From Clostridia bacterium (lineage in GTDB: Bacteria; Bacillota; Clostridia; UMGS1883), in contig JBJDXJ010000061.1 of assembly GCA_051866635.1 (NCBI GenBank), positions 1-24,331 of the forward strand: a DNA stretch of 24,331 nucleotides. Reading direction: 5' to 3'. Under the pieces are notes generated by a model that had not been told where the DNA came from, made no database searches, and saw nothing but the letters and a program-made list of their open reading frames with translations. Both the position numbers and the translations under genes were made by a program. Shown in pieces: positions 9,343 to 17,693 of this stretch. Numbering within the stretch: the stretch's first letter is position 1; the number at the start of each line of letters is the position of its first letter.

Positions 9343-9752
9343 TTTTTTGCTTTTTCTATCCTTTCACTCATCGCAATATCAAACCCGTTAATGCTCTGCA
9401 CCTTTTTTATAAACTCCTGGTACTCTCCGGGCTTGTCAATCAATGCAACCAATAAATCCTCCGGGCTTGTCACGCAGTAGGAATCCTGAAGCGACGCATT
9501 GTACAAAGGCGGAAAAACTACACTTGCCACCGCAATTTTTCTCATATATGCCCCATAATCAAATCTTGTACCCCTGCCCTTTATTTCACGGATACAGTCT
9601 TTTCTTATTGCCTCATCCTCATCTGTTGTAATACTTCTTAATTCCCACATAAGTGCCTCTCCCTTTTCGTCACACAAACTCTTTGTGGCAGGGAAGAACA
9701 CATTTTCCCTCTTTATTTTATTTTCTTTCAGAAAAAGCTCCAATCCACTCAT
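9339..9752 (-). CDS. Tail assembly chaperone (XkdN-like)
   Basis: WELRSIT, ASVVFPPL.NASLQDSY, PGEY, EKAKN end; directly downstream of the tube gene. Confidence 0.85.
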   Translation of the reverse strand: MSGLELFLKENKIKRENVFFPATKSLCDEKGEALMWELRSITTDEDEAIRKDCIREIKGRGTRFDYGAYMRKIAVASVVFPPLYNASLQDSYCVTSPEDLLVALIDKPGEYQEFIKKVQSINGFDIAMSERIEKAKN

Positions 9753-9767
9753 TATCTTACTCCCTTA

Positions 9768-10241
9768 TCAAAGCATGCCGTTTAACGTATCAAATTTTTT
9801 CGGCATCTTAAAATCTTCAAAAGTTCCTGTAATATTTTCGGAAAGATAATCGCCCTCTGCATCAAACTTTGCAAGTATACCTCCGTCAATATTACAACCT
9901 GTAAATACAATTGTCTGGCTTCCGGCATTGGAGGCAGGATCGTAATTGGTCACCTGAATGTCAAAATAAACATCCTCTCCGCTTTCCTTATAGTCCATCA
10001 AAAGCTGACGGAATACAGACTGATTATAATGTGCCTTTCCTTTAAATACACCTGTCCATCCGTTGGCTTTGTTTCCCTTGCCGGTCTGACCTAAAATTGG
10101 TACAGAAGTCTTATTCTTTGTGATTGATGCCTCAAAATTTATCATCTGCATAAAATTGTATCTGTTTGAATTAACAGTAATATAACATTCCGCCAATGAT
10201 GCCGATACAGCATCACTGCCATTCATAGTAATTGCAGCCAT
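9768..10241 (-). CDS. Tail tube protein (XkdM-like)
   Basis: DAVSASLAECY, VPILGQTGKGNK, YFDIQVTN.DP.S, DGGILAKFDA, TFEDF. Confidence 0.92.
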   Translation of the reverse strand: MAAITMNGSDAVSASLAECYITVNSNRYNFMQMINFEASITKNKTSVPILGQTGKGNKANGWTGVFKGKAHYNQSVFRQLLMDYKESGEDVYFDIQVTNYDPASNAGSQTIVFTGCNIDGGILAKFDAEGDYLSENITGTFEDFKMPKKFDTLNGML

Positions 10242-10251
10242 ATAAATCCTC

Positions 10252-11556
10252 CTATTCTAAAGTTGTTGTAATGTAAAGCTGGGCCATGGAATTAATGGGA
10301 CAGATTGCACTTGTAATAACAACACTTGTCTTACTTGTGCCCTTTTCAACTGAAATATCCTCGTCCTTGAAGTTTTCAATAGCTCTCATCTTCTGAAGGG
10401 ATTTTCTATGTTCTACCAAATCGTTCCACAAGGATATTCTTCCCGCTTCATCATTTGGCACAATTCCAAGATATTTTGTCTTGAAAAGGTACGCATCATC
10501 ATATGCAATCTGGTCCACAAGCCTTACAGTCTGGTTTTCACAGAATATTTCTCCCACTTCAGCAGAGGTTGTCACCAAGGAGTTAATATCAGCTAAAACT
10601 CTGTATTCATTGCCAACCTTGTGGAAAACAAACTTCCCCTTCTTGATACATTCCTCCAGCTCGCTCTGGGTATATGTTGCATACAGATAATAATTTCCTG
10701 AATATGCATGATTTACAAGGCTCTTTCCCATCTTACATCCTGCACTTGCCCCTGCCACATACCATACAAGCTCGGCTTCGTTTTTTACGCCTTTAAAAAC
10801 TGCATTATCAACATTTATAACGCCTATATCATCAGCTTCGCATCTGTAAAGCACGCTCTGGAATTTTACGCCTCTATCCTCTCTCATACGCTTAGTGAAA
10901 GCCGCAATGAGGTTATTTACCGTACTGTCCACACTGGCAACTGCCAACACGTTAAAGCTTACGGTTTCTATACAATCCAAAAACTCCTGATAATCTTCGC
11001 CCTTTATAACAGCATCACCGCCGCCTGTCATACCTACAGCACCGCCCGGGGTAAGTGTTGCGGTTTTATCCCATACTACAAAATCATTGTCTGTAAGCTC
11101 GGATGCACTTTGAACAGTCTGTACATCCTTCTTTATTCCGTTATAATATGTGATTACATCATAATACTTACTGTTATCAATATTTCCTGTTACCTTCACC
11201 TGTATGTTATTGCCGCATTTACCACTGCATGCTGCCGTACCGTAACTGTTTGAAGCCTTTACACCGTGGCCTAATCTGTACACGTAAACCAGTGATGCAT
11301 TCTTAAACAAATCTCTCATACCCCGAAGGTTGTCGTGAATACATGAATAGCCAAAATATTTTATACTGTTCTTCCAGAAATCCTCAACAGTAACTGCTAC
11401 AGCTTCATCCTCCTTGCCCCAGCTTAACTCAATGCCGATGGCACACACGCCTCTGTCCGATACCTCTCCGGTGGCACTTGAAGACGAAACAAAATTTATA
11501 TATGTACCGGGCAACAACTTATTATAATTAGTAAAACTGCCTCCGCCCAAAGCCAT
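10252..11556 (-). CDS. Contractile tail sheath protein (XkdK-like)
   Basis: MALGGGSF..NKLLPGTYINF, DRGV.A, VLADINSL, NQTVRLVDQIA.D, PNDEAGRISLW; 434 aa. Confidence 0.95.
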   Translation of the reverse strand: MALGGGSFTNYNKLLPGTYINFVSSSSATGEVSDRGVCAIGIELSWGKEDEAVAVTVEDFWKNSIKYFGYSCIHDNLRGMRDLFKNASLVYVYRLGHGVKASNSYGTAACSGKCGNNIQVKVTGNIDNSKYYDVITYYNGIKKDVQTVQSASELTDNDFVVWDKTATLTPGGAVGMTGGGDAVIKGEDYQEFLDCIETVSFNVLAVASVDSTVNNLIAAFTKRMREDRGVKFQSVLYRCEADDIGVINVDNAVFKGVKNEAELVWYVAGASAGCKMGKSLVNHAYSGNYYLYATYTQSELEECIKKGKFVFHKVGNEYRVLADINSLVTTSAEVGEIFCENQTVRLVDQIAYDDAYLFKTKYLGIVPNDEAGRISLWNDLVEHRKSLQKMRAIENFKDEDISVEKGTSKTSVVITSAICPINSMAQLYITTTLE

Positions 11557-11559
11557 AAA

Positions 11560-11715
11560 TTACACGCATCCTTTCATAAAATTCACAATAATTTCTTCCG
11601 CTTCCAACACTGTGTAAGTTTTATCCTTATCCAATAATGCCTCAATTGCATCAGCATATTTTCTGAATAATTCCGATTTTTTCAGCTCGTCCTTTGTGTA
11701 TCTGTACTCCTCCAT
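11560..11715 (-). CDS. Small 51-aa phage protein upstream of the sheath gene (missing from the ORF track)
   Basis: ATG 11715 after a GAGGTGA SD; MEEYRYTKDELKKSELFRKYADAIEALLDKDKTYTVLEAEEIIVNFMKGCV*; fills the gap between neighbours almost exactly. Confidence 0.8.
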   Translation of the reverse strand: MEEYRYTKDELKKSELFRKYADAIEALLDKDKTYTVLEAEEIIVNFMKGCV

Positions 11716-11719
11716 TAAA

Positions 11720-12139
11720 TCACCTCATTTTTATTTCTATAGTCTCCATCAAAGACTTGTCAGTATCATCACAATCTTTTATAAAAACATCATAAATAGC
11801 AGTAAGCGTCAGATTTCCGTCATTTTTTTCAGCCGAAATCCTCCGTCCGCGTATTCTCTCCCCGTCTTTTTCAATCATACCCATGGCAGAAAACAAATCC
11901 TCCACCACACAGTCACCCTCATACATTTTCGTGTCACTGTCGCTCATGTAATCTACCTTTACGTAAACTCTTAAGAAATATCTGTCCCCTAAAAGTGTTA
12001 CTCTTTCCACATTCTCGCATTGCACAAAAATGCACGGTTTTATAAGGCCTTGCTTTATTTTCTCCGTATATACGGGAATTTTTTCATTCGTTGCCTTTCT
12101 AATGCTATCGTAAAGCCCTTCAATTACCTTCTGAACCAT
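11720..12139 (-). CDS. Tail terminator / completion protein
   Basis: VYTEKIKQGLIKPCIFV..LLGDRY motif; position before the sheath gene. Confidence 0.7.
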   Translation of the reverse strand: MVQKVIEGLYDSIRKATNEKIPVYTEKIKQGLIKPCIFVQCENVERVTLLGDRYFLRVYVKVDYMSDSDTKMYEGDCVVEDLFSAMGMIEKDGERIRGRRISAEKNDGNLTLTAIYDVFIKDCDDTDKSLMETIEIKMR

Positions 12140-12150
12140 AACACCATCCC

Positions 12151-12519
12151 CTATGCGTAGTCCTTTGAAATTTCAATCATCACTTCATTGTGCGACGGAT
12201 AATAATTCACCACACCGCTTTTTCCGAAAACCTTTATTCTGCCACTGCTTTTTACTTCAATAATGCTTCCTTCTTTAACATCGTATTCACTTGGCAAATA
12301 AAGCTTCACCTTCTTACTGACCTTTGTTATCATGTCCCCTTCTTTTGCGGCATTTTCGCCAAATAAATATGCTTTTGCGGACACTCTGCACGGGATTGAT
12401 TTATTGACACACATCTTTATGAAAGTTGTTCTTCCGTTTTCTGTTACTGCCCTTGTTTCATAAATATCACATTCGTCACAGAAAAACTTTTCTGCCGCTT
12501 TCTTTACTTTTCTCACCAT
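12151..12519 (-). CDS. Head closure / stopper protein (SPP1 gp16-like)
   Basis: CDIYE, IPCRVS, KLYLP...VKEGS.IEV, YPSHNEV; follows the adaptor gene. Confidence 0.7.
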   Translation of the reverse strand: MVRKVKKAAEKFFCDECDIYETRAVTENGRTTFIKMCVNKSIPCRVSAKAYLFGENAAKEGDMITKVSKKVKLYLPSEYDVKEGSIIEVKSSGRIKVFGKSGVVNYYPSHNEVMIEISKDYA

Positions 12520-12869
12520 TTTACTCTCCTGAAACTTAGCATTTCTTCTCTTCCCCCGTTTAAGAGTTCATCAATCAGACTCTCCGTTTCTGTCCTGTCA
12601 CGAAAGCTGACCGACATATCGCCTTCAGTAATTGAAGCAATATCATCTTCGCCGTCATTTTCGCAGGACCTTACGGCAAGGAGATATTCTCCCGCCGCAA
12701 GATCTAAAAATACAAACCTTAGTTCCTGGGGAACAGTTTCACAGTTACATGTGTTCATAATGGTGCTCTCTGCTCTCTGCATACTGACAATAAGCTTGTC
12801 CTCATGGTTTTCAGGCACCTCAAATCCCAAATCCCACAATCTTTCTTTCAAATCCTCGCAGTTGTACAT
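12513..12869 (-). CDS. Head-tail connector / adaptor (SPP1 gp15 / HK97 gp6-like)
   Basis: I.NTCN...VP.EL, ASITEGDMSVSF, C-terminal FRRVKW. Start moved to ATG 12869 after AGAGGG. Confidence 0.8.
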   Translation of the reverse strand: MYNCEDLKERLWDLGFEVPENHEDKLIVSMQRAESTIMNTCNCETVPQELRFVFLDLAAGEYLLAVRSCENDGEDDIASITEGDMSVSFRDRTETESLIDELLNGGREEMLSFRRVKW

Positions 12870-12879
12870 ATAATCCCTC

Positions 12880-13836
12880 TTATTCCATGCTGAGGTTAGT
12901 AATAGATGCGTGAAGGAATGAAGGACCGTGAGCCAAACCAATCTGTGAATAAATCTGAATCATATCGCTTGCACCGGTCTTTGCTAACTGTTCTTCAAAA
13001 AGAACACCCTTTTCCGGTACAGCCTGGAATACAGGTGCAATATGTGCAACATCGGCAATTAAAATTGTGTCCTTAGGCATAAATCTGTCCCAGACAACAC
13101 CCATCTTGAAAAAGTCTGTTTCAATCTGATTAATGCTTACACCGCCGATAGTTTCTCTTGAACCCATAGTGGCATTGAACTGATTTGTATAAATATCAGT
13201 AATCATCTGCTTCTGGAATGCAGGAAGGAACATTACCATATTGTCAAAATATGCACCTGCTTCCGCCATTTCTCTGTAAAGGGAATCAAGCATGCTCTTT
13301 GTAAGTAAACCACCTTCTGCATCAATTGTAGTACCTGTCTTTGTAAGCTCAATCAAGCCTCTTGTCTTATTTGCATCAGAGGCACTTGTTGCCTTATTAA
13401 ATACGCCGTTAATAAAGCTGTGTTCCACATCACGTGCCATCTTTACAAGCTTGTGATGAATTTGAAAAGCCTTTTCATCTTCCACAGAATTTGCCATAGT
13501 GCTGTTTAAGCCTGACATATTTCCGCTGTTTGACATCTTCATGTATGTAAGGTTAATAACCTCCTGATGAATTTGCACCACATTAGTTTCCTGCTCACGT
13601 ACAATAAGGCTTGACTGAGGTGCAGACACTGACTTTTCTTCTGAAATTTCAGGCTGAGCTGCCTTGGGATAATCAAAAAGCACCGCTGTAGGAAACTCGC
13701 TTGACGCAGTCTGTCTGCCTCCTGTCAAACCGCCTATCATTGATAATAAAGGTGTCTGCGAGGCATCCGCCGTAAAAAGCTCACCTGCATAATTTGGTAA
13801 ATTCCAACTTGTACCTACTCCTGTTACTACTGACAT
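12880..13836 (-). CDS. Major capsid protein (HK97 fold, DUF5309/SU10-like)
   Basis: WNLPNYAGELF..TPLLSMIGG, TNVVQIHQE, ARDVEHSFING, TRGL, IETDF, LAKTGAS..QIYSQIGLAHGP; follows the scaffold gene. Start ATG 13836. Confidence 0.88.
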   Translation of the reverse strand: MSVVTGVGTSWNLPNYAGELFTADASQTPLLSMIGGLTGGRQTASSEFPTAVLFDYPKAAQPEISEEKSVSAPQSSLIVREQETNVVQIHQEVINLTYMKMSNSGNMSGLNSTMANSVEDEKAFQIHHKLVKMARDVEHSFINGVFNKATSASDANKTRGLIELTKTGTTIDAEGGLLTKSMLDSLYREMAEAGAYFDNMVMFLPAFQKQMITDIYTNQFNATMGSRETIGGVSINQIETDFFKMGVVWDRFMPKDTILIADVAHIAPVFQAVPEKGVLFEEQLAKTGASDMIQIYSQIGLAHGPSFLHASITNLSME

Positions 13837-13904
13837 AAAAAACATCCTTTCTTTTTTTTTAATTATAAATCTATATCAAACTGCCAAAGCAGTTGTATAC
13901 CACT

Positions 13905-14333
13905 TTAAATCAGCATAATTCCTTCCTGTGCCGCCTGCTGTTTTATTCTGATAGCCTCTACACTGTTCCCCTTGCTTCTTGCCTCTTTAAGCCGCATTTC
14001 ATAATCATTTTTAGTTACATCAGGCAACTTCTGTCCGCTTTGATACGGCTCAAAGCTTTTCTTTCCGCTTTCAAACAGAAACCTTGTATCCTTATTCTTT
14101 GTAAGGCTTTCAATCTGGCTTTTTATGCTGTCCATATCCCCATCCTCAAGCAAAGCTCTTACTGCCTTAATGTTTTTGGCTCCCTTATCTCTTAAAATAA
14201 GCTCCACCTGAAAATCCTTTTCAACTTGGGCAACCTTTTCTTCCCAGCTTGTACTTAAGCTGTTAAACTCACCTTCAATTACTTCCGCCACAGCTTCTTC
14301 AACACCCATGGCAATAAGCTCATTTTTGTCCAT
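13905..14333 (-). CDS. Capsid scaffolding protein (Phage GP20-like), short
   Basis: MDKNELIAMGV, GAKNIKAVRALL, SQIESL..FLF; lies between portal and capsid genes. Confidence 0.8.
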   Translation of the reverse strand: MDKNELIAMGVEEAVAEVIEGEFNSLSTSWEEKVAQVEKDFQVELILRDKGAKNIKAVRALLEDGDMDSIKSQIESLTKNKDTRFLFESGKKSFEPYQSGQKLPDVTKNDYEMRLKEARSKGNSVEAIRIKQQAAQEGIMLI

Positions 14334-15702
14334 CTGTACTACCTTCCTTTTTCTTTAATTCTTTCTGTACATCCCTTACCCAAGGGTGTTGCAAAATCAC
14401 TGTCTCTTCGGATAAAATATCCGCACTCTTTATACAGTTGTCAATTGCTTCGCTTTCATTAACAGGGCAGTCACGGTTGAATACTATTTCTGCATCCTCA
14501 TCAATAAAGCATCCGTAACCGTATTCCATCAGGTACTCCTTTGCAAAGCTTGTCAACTTTTTAAATGAATACTGAAATTCTGCCTCAATTTCACTCACAT
14601 CCAAGTCCAAATCGGAAAACATGGCTCTTATCATAAGCTGATTGGGGCTGTTACCCAAGCGGTCATTTTTTGCATCATAGCCCATAGCATTTTCAACCAT
14701 TGCACCTTTTAACATGTCTGCCATAGCCTGATAATTTCCCGCATTGAAATCTGTTGTCAATGCTTTTATATCCCCGGGCGTTCCGTCCACGGTCTTAACC
14801 TTCACCGCACCGTATGTTGACAAATTATGCCTGAATTCACCCAAATCCGTGCCGTCGTAATTCTGAAGTACAAGAATTGTATTTCTCGCATCCTCCTGAA
14901 GACAGTTTTCAAAATCCGACATAGTTTTGTTCAAAGCATCCTGTAAACTCTTTACCCTTGTTATCAAGGGAATTTCCTTTTCATTGTATTTAAACGCAAT
15001 AAGGGGTATTTCTCCCGGATATGGCATAGTATAGCTATGTTGTTCAACCTGGTGAAGTGTACCGCCTTCAAGCTCGTAAACAGTAACCCCTTCTGAAGAA
15101 TATATCTCCACCATTTCTCTCACACATTCTTCCCGTCCCTTATATCCCTCTACACTGTAAAGCCTCACCGCCCTATCCAGCTTTGTATGGTCATAATCTG
15201 ACCAGTAGGCAATAATTTCAAAAGCCGGCAATCTTCTCATTCTCAGTTTCCCTTCATCGTCCGCATAAACATAAAGCCAGCCAATCCCCATGTTAACCGC
15301 ATCACGCATAAGACATTTCATAGTCCTGAAAAAATCATTTCCCAGGACTTCTTTCAAAAGGGATATGTATTCATCATTTTCTCCCTCAATCACAAATTCT
15401 CTCCCCATAAGATAATTAACCTTCTGGTTCACAAGCCTTTGATACTGATTATTTACAATCCTGTTATTAGGCAGGTTTTCAATTTTTCTGAGCTTTCCGT
15501 CTGCACCGATTGCCATTCTTTCACTTTTTAAAATATCATGGTCCCCACGGAAATATCTTTCCCCTTCAATCATCTTCAGTCTTTTTTCATCCTTTTTCCA
15601 CAGTGCAATCTCTGCTTCAAAGAACTCCTTTTCGCTCATGACATACCCGTCACTTGTGATTTTTTCCATAATTCCATCTTTAAAGCGGGTAAAAATACTC
15701 AT
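14320..15702 (-). CDS. Portal protein (SPP1 gp6 family)
   Basis: LPNNRIVNNQY..LVNQKVNYL.G, IPLIAFKYN..E.PL, ILVLQNYDG, LSEETV..QHPWV; 460 aa. Confidence 0.95.
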   Translation of the reverse strand: MSIFTRFKDGIMEKITSDGYVMSEKEFFEAEIALWKKDEKRLKMIEGERYFRGDHDILKSERMAIGADGKLRKIENLPNNRIVNNQYQRLVNQKVNYLMGREFVIEGENDEYISLLKEVLGNDFFRTMKCLMRDAVNMGIGWLYVYADDEGKLRMRRLPAFEIIAYWSDYDHTKLDRAVRLYSVEGYKGREECVREMVEIYSSEGVTVYELEGGTLHQVEQHSYTMPYPGEIPLIAFKYNEKEIPLITRVKSLQDALNKTMSDFENCLQEDARNTILVLQNYDGTDLGEFRHNLSTYGAVKVKTVDGTPGDIKALTTDFNAGNYQAMADMLKGAMVENAMGYDAKNDRLGNSPNQLMIRAMFSDLDLDVSEIEAEFQYSFKKLTSFAKEYLMEYGYGCFIDEDAEIVFNRDCPVNESEAIDNCIKSADILSEETVILQHPWVRDVQKELKKKEGSTDGQK

Positions 15703-15715
15703 ATTTTAACTCCTT

Positions 15716-16432
15716 TTATATATAAAATCCTTCCGCACTCTTATTCATTATTTCATACAGCTTCTCTCCTACCATCTGTGCTATACTGTCCCCATCAAGT
15801 TCAAAATTACTTCTTTCCTCCCTGACTGATTCTACTCTTATTTCTCTTCCTTCTTTATCCCATCTGTCCAATGACAACTCCATCAGTCGTCTTTTTTGTC
15901 CCCCATCAAGCTTTATATCCTCATCTTTTATATATATATCTTCCCCTAAAGGCATCTCCCCTTTTTCTGCCTTTTCAAAAATGCTTTCAGTAACATTTTT
16001 TGAAACTTCAAATATATCCTCCCACTCTTTGAAATCCTTTAAAGCCTCCCATCTGAAATACTCCTCATTTTTCAAATCAAAGCTCTGTCTTTCATATATC
16101 TTTTCGAGGGCTAAATTGGCATCATCCATTTTTGCACTATCTGTTGTTGTGAAAAGATTATTTATAAAAGCTTCACTTAACAAAACCTCCTGTGTTTCTG
16201 CATCTTTTTGAAGATATGTATCTACGGCATGTTCCTCTCCCAAGAAAGGTTTCATCACCGAATTACTATTTTGAAAAGCACTGATATTTTCCCCGTAATC
16301 CGCATCCACATTCAATATTGAAGTAAGCCTTCTTAAAATATCATCTTCTTTAAAAAAGATAATTCTTGCCTCAAAATTGAAAAACAGCATAAGGTTTTCA
16401 AATATTTGTTCCCACTCACAGCTCTTTCCCAT
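15716..16432 (-). CDS. Acidic 238-aa protein; putative miniature tape measure protein
   Basis: ATG 16432 after AAGGAGG. The C-terminus (IKDEDIK...EIRVE...ELDGDSIAQMVGEKLYEIMNKSAEGFYI) resembles, from recall, tape-measure C-termini of Xkd-type clostridial myophages. Confidence 0.55.
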   Translation of the reverse strand: MGKSCEWEQIFENLMLFFNFEARIIFFKEDDILRRLTSILNVDADYGENISAFQNSNSVMKPFLGEEHAVDTYLQKDAETQEVLLSEAFINNLFTTTDSAKMDDANLALEKIYERQSFDLKNEEYFRWEALKDFKEWEDIFEVSKNVTESIFEKAEKGEMPLGEDIYIKDEDIKLDGGQKRRLMELSLDRWDKEGREIRVESVREERSNFELDGDSIAQMVGEKLYEIMNKSAEGFYI

Positions 16433-16442
16433 CTTTTCCTCC

Positions 16443-17693
16443 TTAAAATGAAAAGTTTTCTCCTTCCTCAATAGCCTCCATACCGTAACGCATGGCATCC
16501 ATCAGATGATTATATTCATCCTTAGGTCTGTTAATTTCATTCCCTATCTCATCCGTATCCCATGCGTAATTTGATATTTCTCTTATAAAATTCTCACAAC
16601 AAGGCTTTATGATAATTTCATATTCACGTATTTTGTCAATTCCGTACCGCACACTGTCAGGACCTTTTTTCGCACCTCTTATTCTCTCAAGCCCCAACTG
16701 CCTTAAACGGTCAATACTCTTCGGCTCTGCACTGTCTGCCCTTATTCTTTCCTTTCCGTAACCCTTACGGGTTATTCTCCGGTAAATTTCATCGTTACTT
16801 AGCCCCTTTTCATATATCTCGTCAAAAACATATATCTTTTTATTTTCCACATCTGTCAGACCGCAAAAAAGTGCCGTTGGGTCATTGACATACCCAAAAT
16901 CAAGACCGAAAACCGTCTTAATATTTTTATCCTTCACAATCTCTGCCACATCAAAATCCTTCTCACACCACCTGTCATATACACAGCCACGGCTTATACC
17001 CCACTCTCCCAATCCTGCTACCTTATATCGTGCAGGGTTTTTTTCTTTCATAACTTCAAACAGCTTTCTGTCTGACTCGTCCAAAAATTCATTGCACAAA
17101 TAATTGGTAGTCATTTTAAGGGTATCAGCCCTTTCTTCGTCAAAAAACCTCTTTTTCAACCAATGGTGTTCGTTCCAAGGATTAAATGTCAGTGTTATCT
17201 GTTTAAAAAGCCCCTCCTCCGAAGCACCTCTTATGGATTCATCAAGCATATCAAAATGGCTTTCATCATTAATTTCATATGCTTCTTCAATCCACATCCA
17301 GCAAAGGCATCCATAGCTCACGGTAATACTCGTCACCTTCATAGGGTCATCAAGTCCTCGAAAATATATTTTCTGTCCCGTAGGCAAGTAAACAAACTCC
17401 ATAGGTGCCTCTTTAATAAGCCAGTATTCACCTACTCCAAGCCTTTCCACCGCCCACTTCAATTCCTCAAAGCAAGAATTTTTCAGTGTTCTGTAGGTTT
17501 TTCTTATAACCAAAAGATTTGCCTTATGATACTTCATCATATTAACAATGTACCAAAGTGCCGTTGTCTTACTTTTCTTACTTGCTCTGGACCCCTTTAC
17601 CACACGGTAACGCCCCTTAAAATTCCAAAAATTTTTATATCCCCTCCCCACCACATGGGGAAGATAAATTTCATTCTTCAAGGTCCTCTTCAC
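16443..17693 (-). CDS. terL: Terminase large subunit (PBSX family)
   Basis: Walker A region VKGSRASKKS, Walker B WIEEA, TFNPW, nuclease FGLDFGYVNDP, ADSAEPKSI, NHLMDAMRY. Start is GTG 17693 or TTG 17681. Confidence 0.95.
   Translation of the reverse strand: MKRTLKNEIYLPHVVGRGYKNFWNFKGRYRVVKGSRASKKSKTTALWYIVNMMKYHKANLLVIRKTYRTLKNSCFEELKWAVERLGVGEYWLIKEAPMEFVYLPTGQKIYFRGLDDPMKVTSITVSYGCLCWMWIEEAYEINDESHFDMLDESIRGASEEGLFKQITLTFNPWNEHHWLKKRFFDEERADTLKMTTNYLCNEFLDESDRKLFEVMKEKNPARYKVAGLGEWGISRGCVYDRWCEKDFDVAEIVKDKNIKTVFGLDFGYVNDPTALFCGLTDVENKKIYVFDEIYEKGLSNDEIYRRITRKGYGKERIRADSAEPKSIDRLRQLGLERIRGAKKGPDSVRYGIDKIREYEIIIKPCCENFIREISNYAWDTDEIGNEINRPKDEYNHLMDAMRYGMEAIEEGENFSF

Noticed and set aside
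5381-11556. R-type tailocin or eCIS
   Set aside because: Terminase, portal, scaffold, capsid and connector genes are intact and co-transcribed; there is no AAA+ ATPase or effector typical of eCIS.
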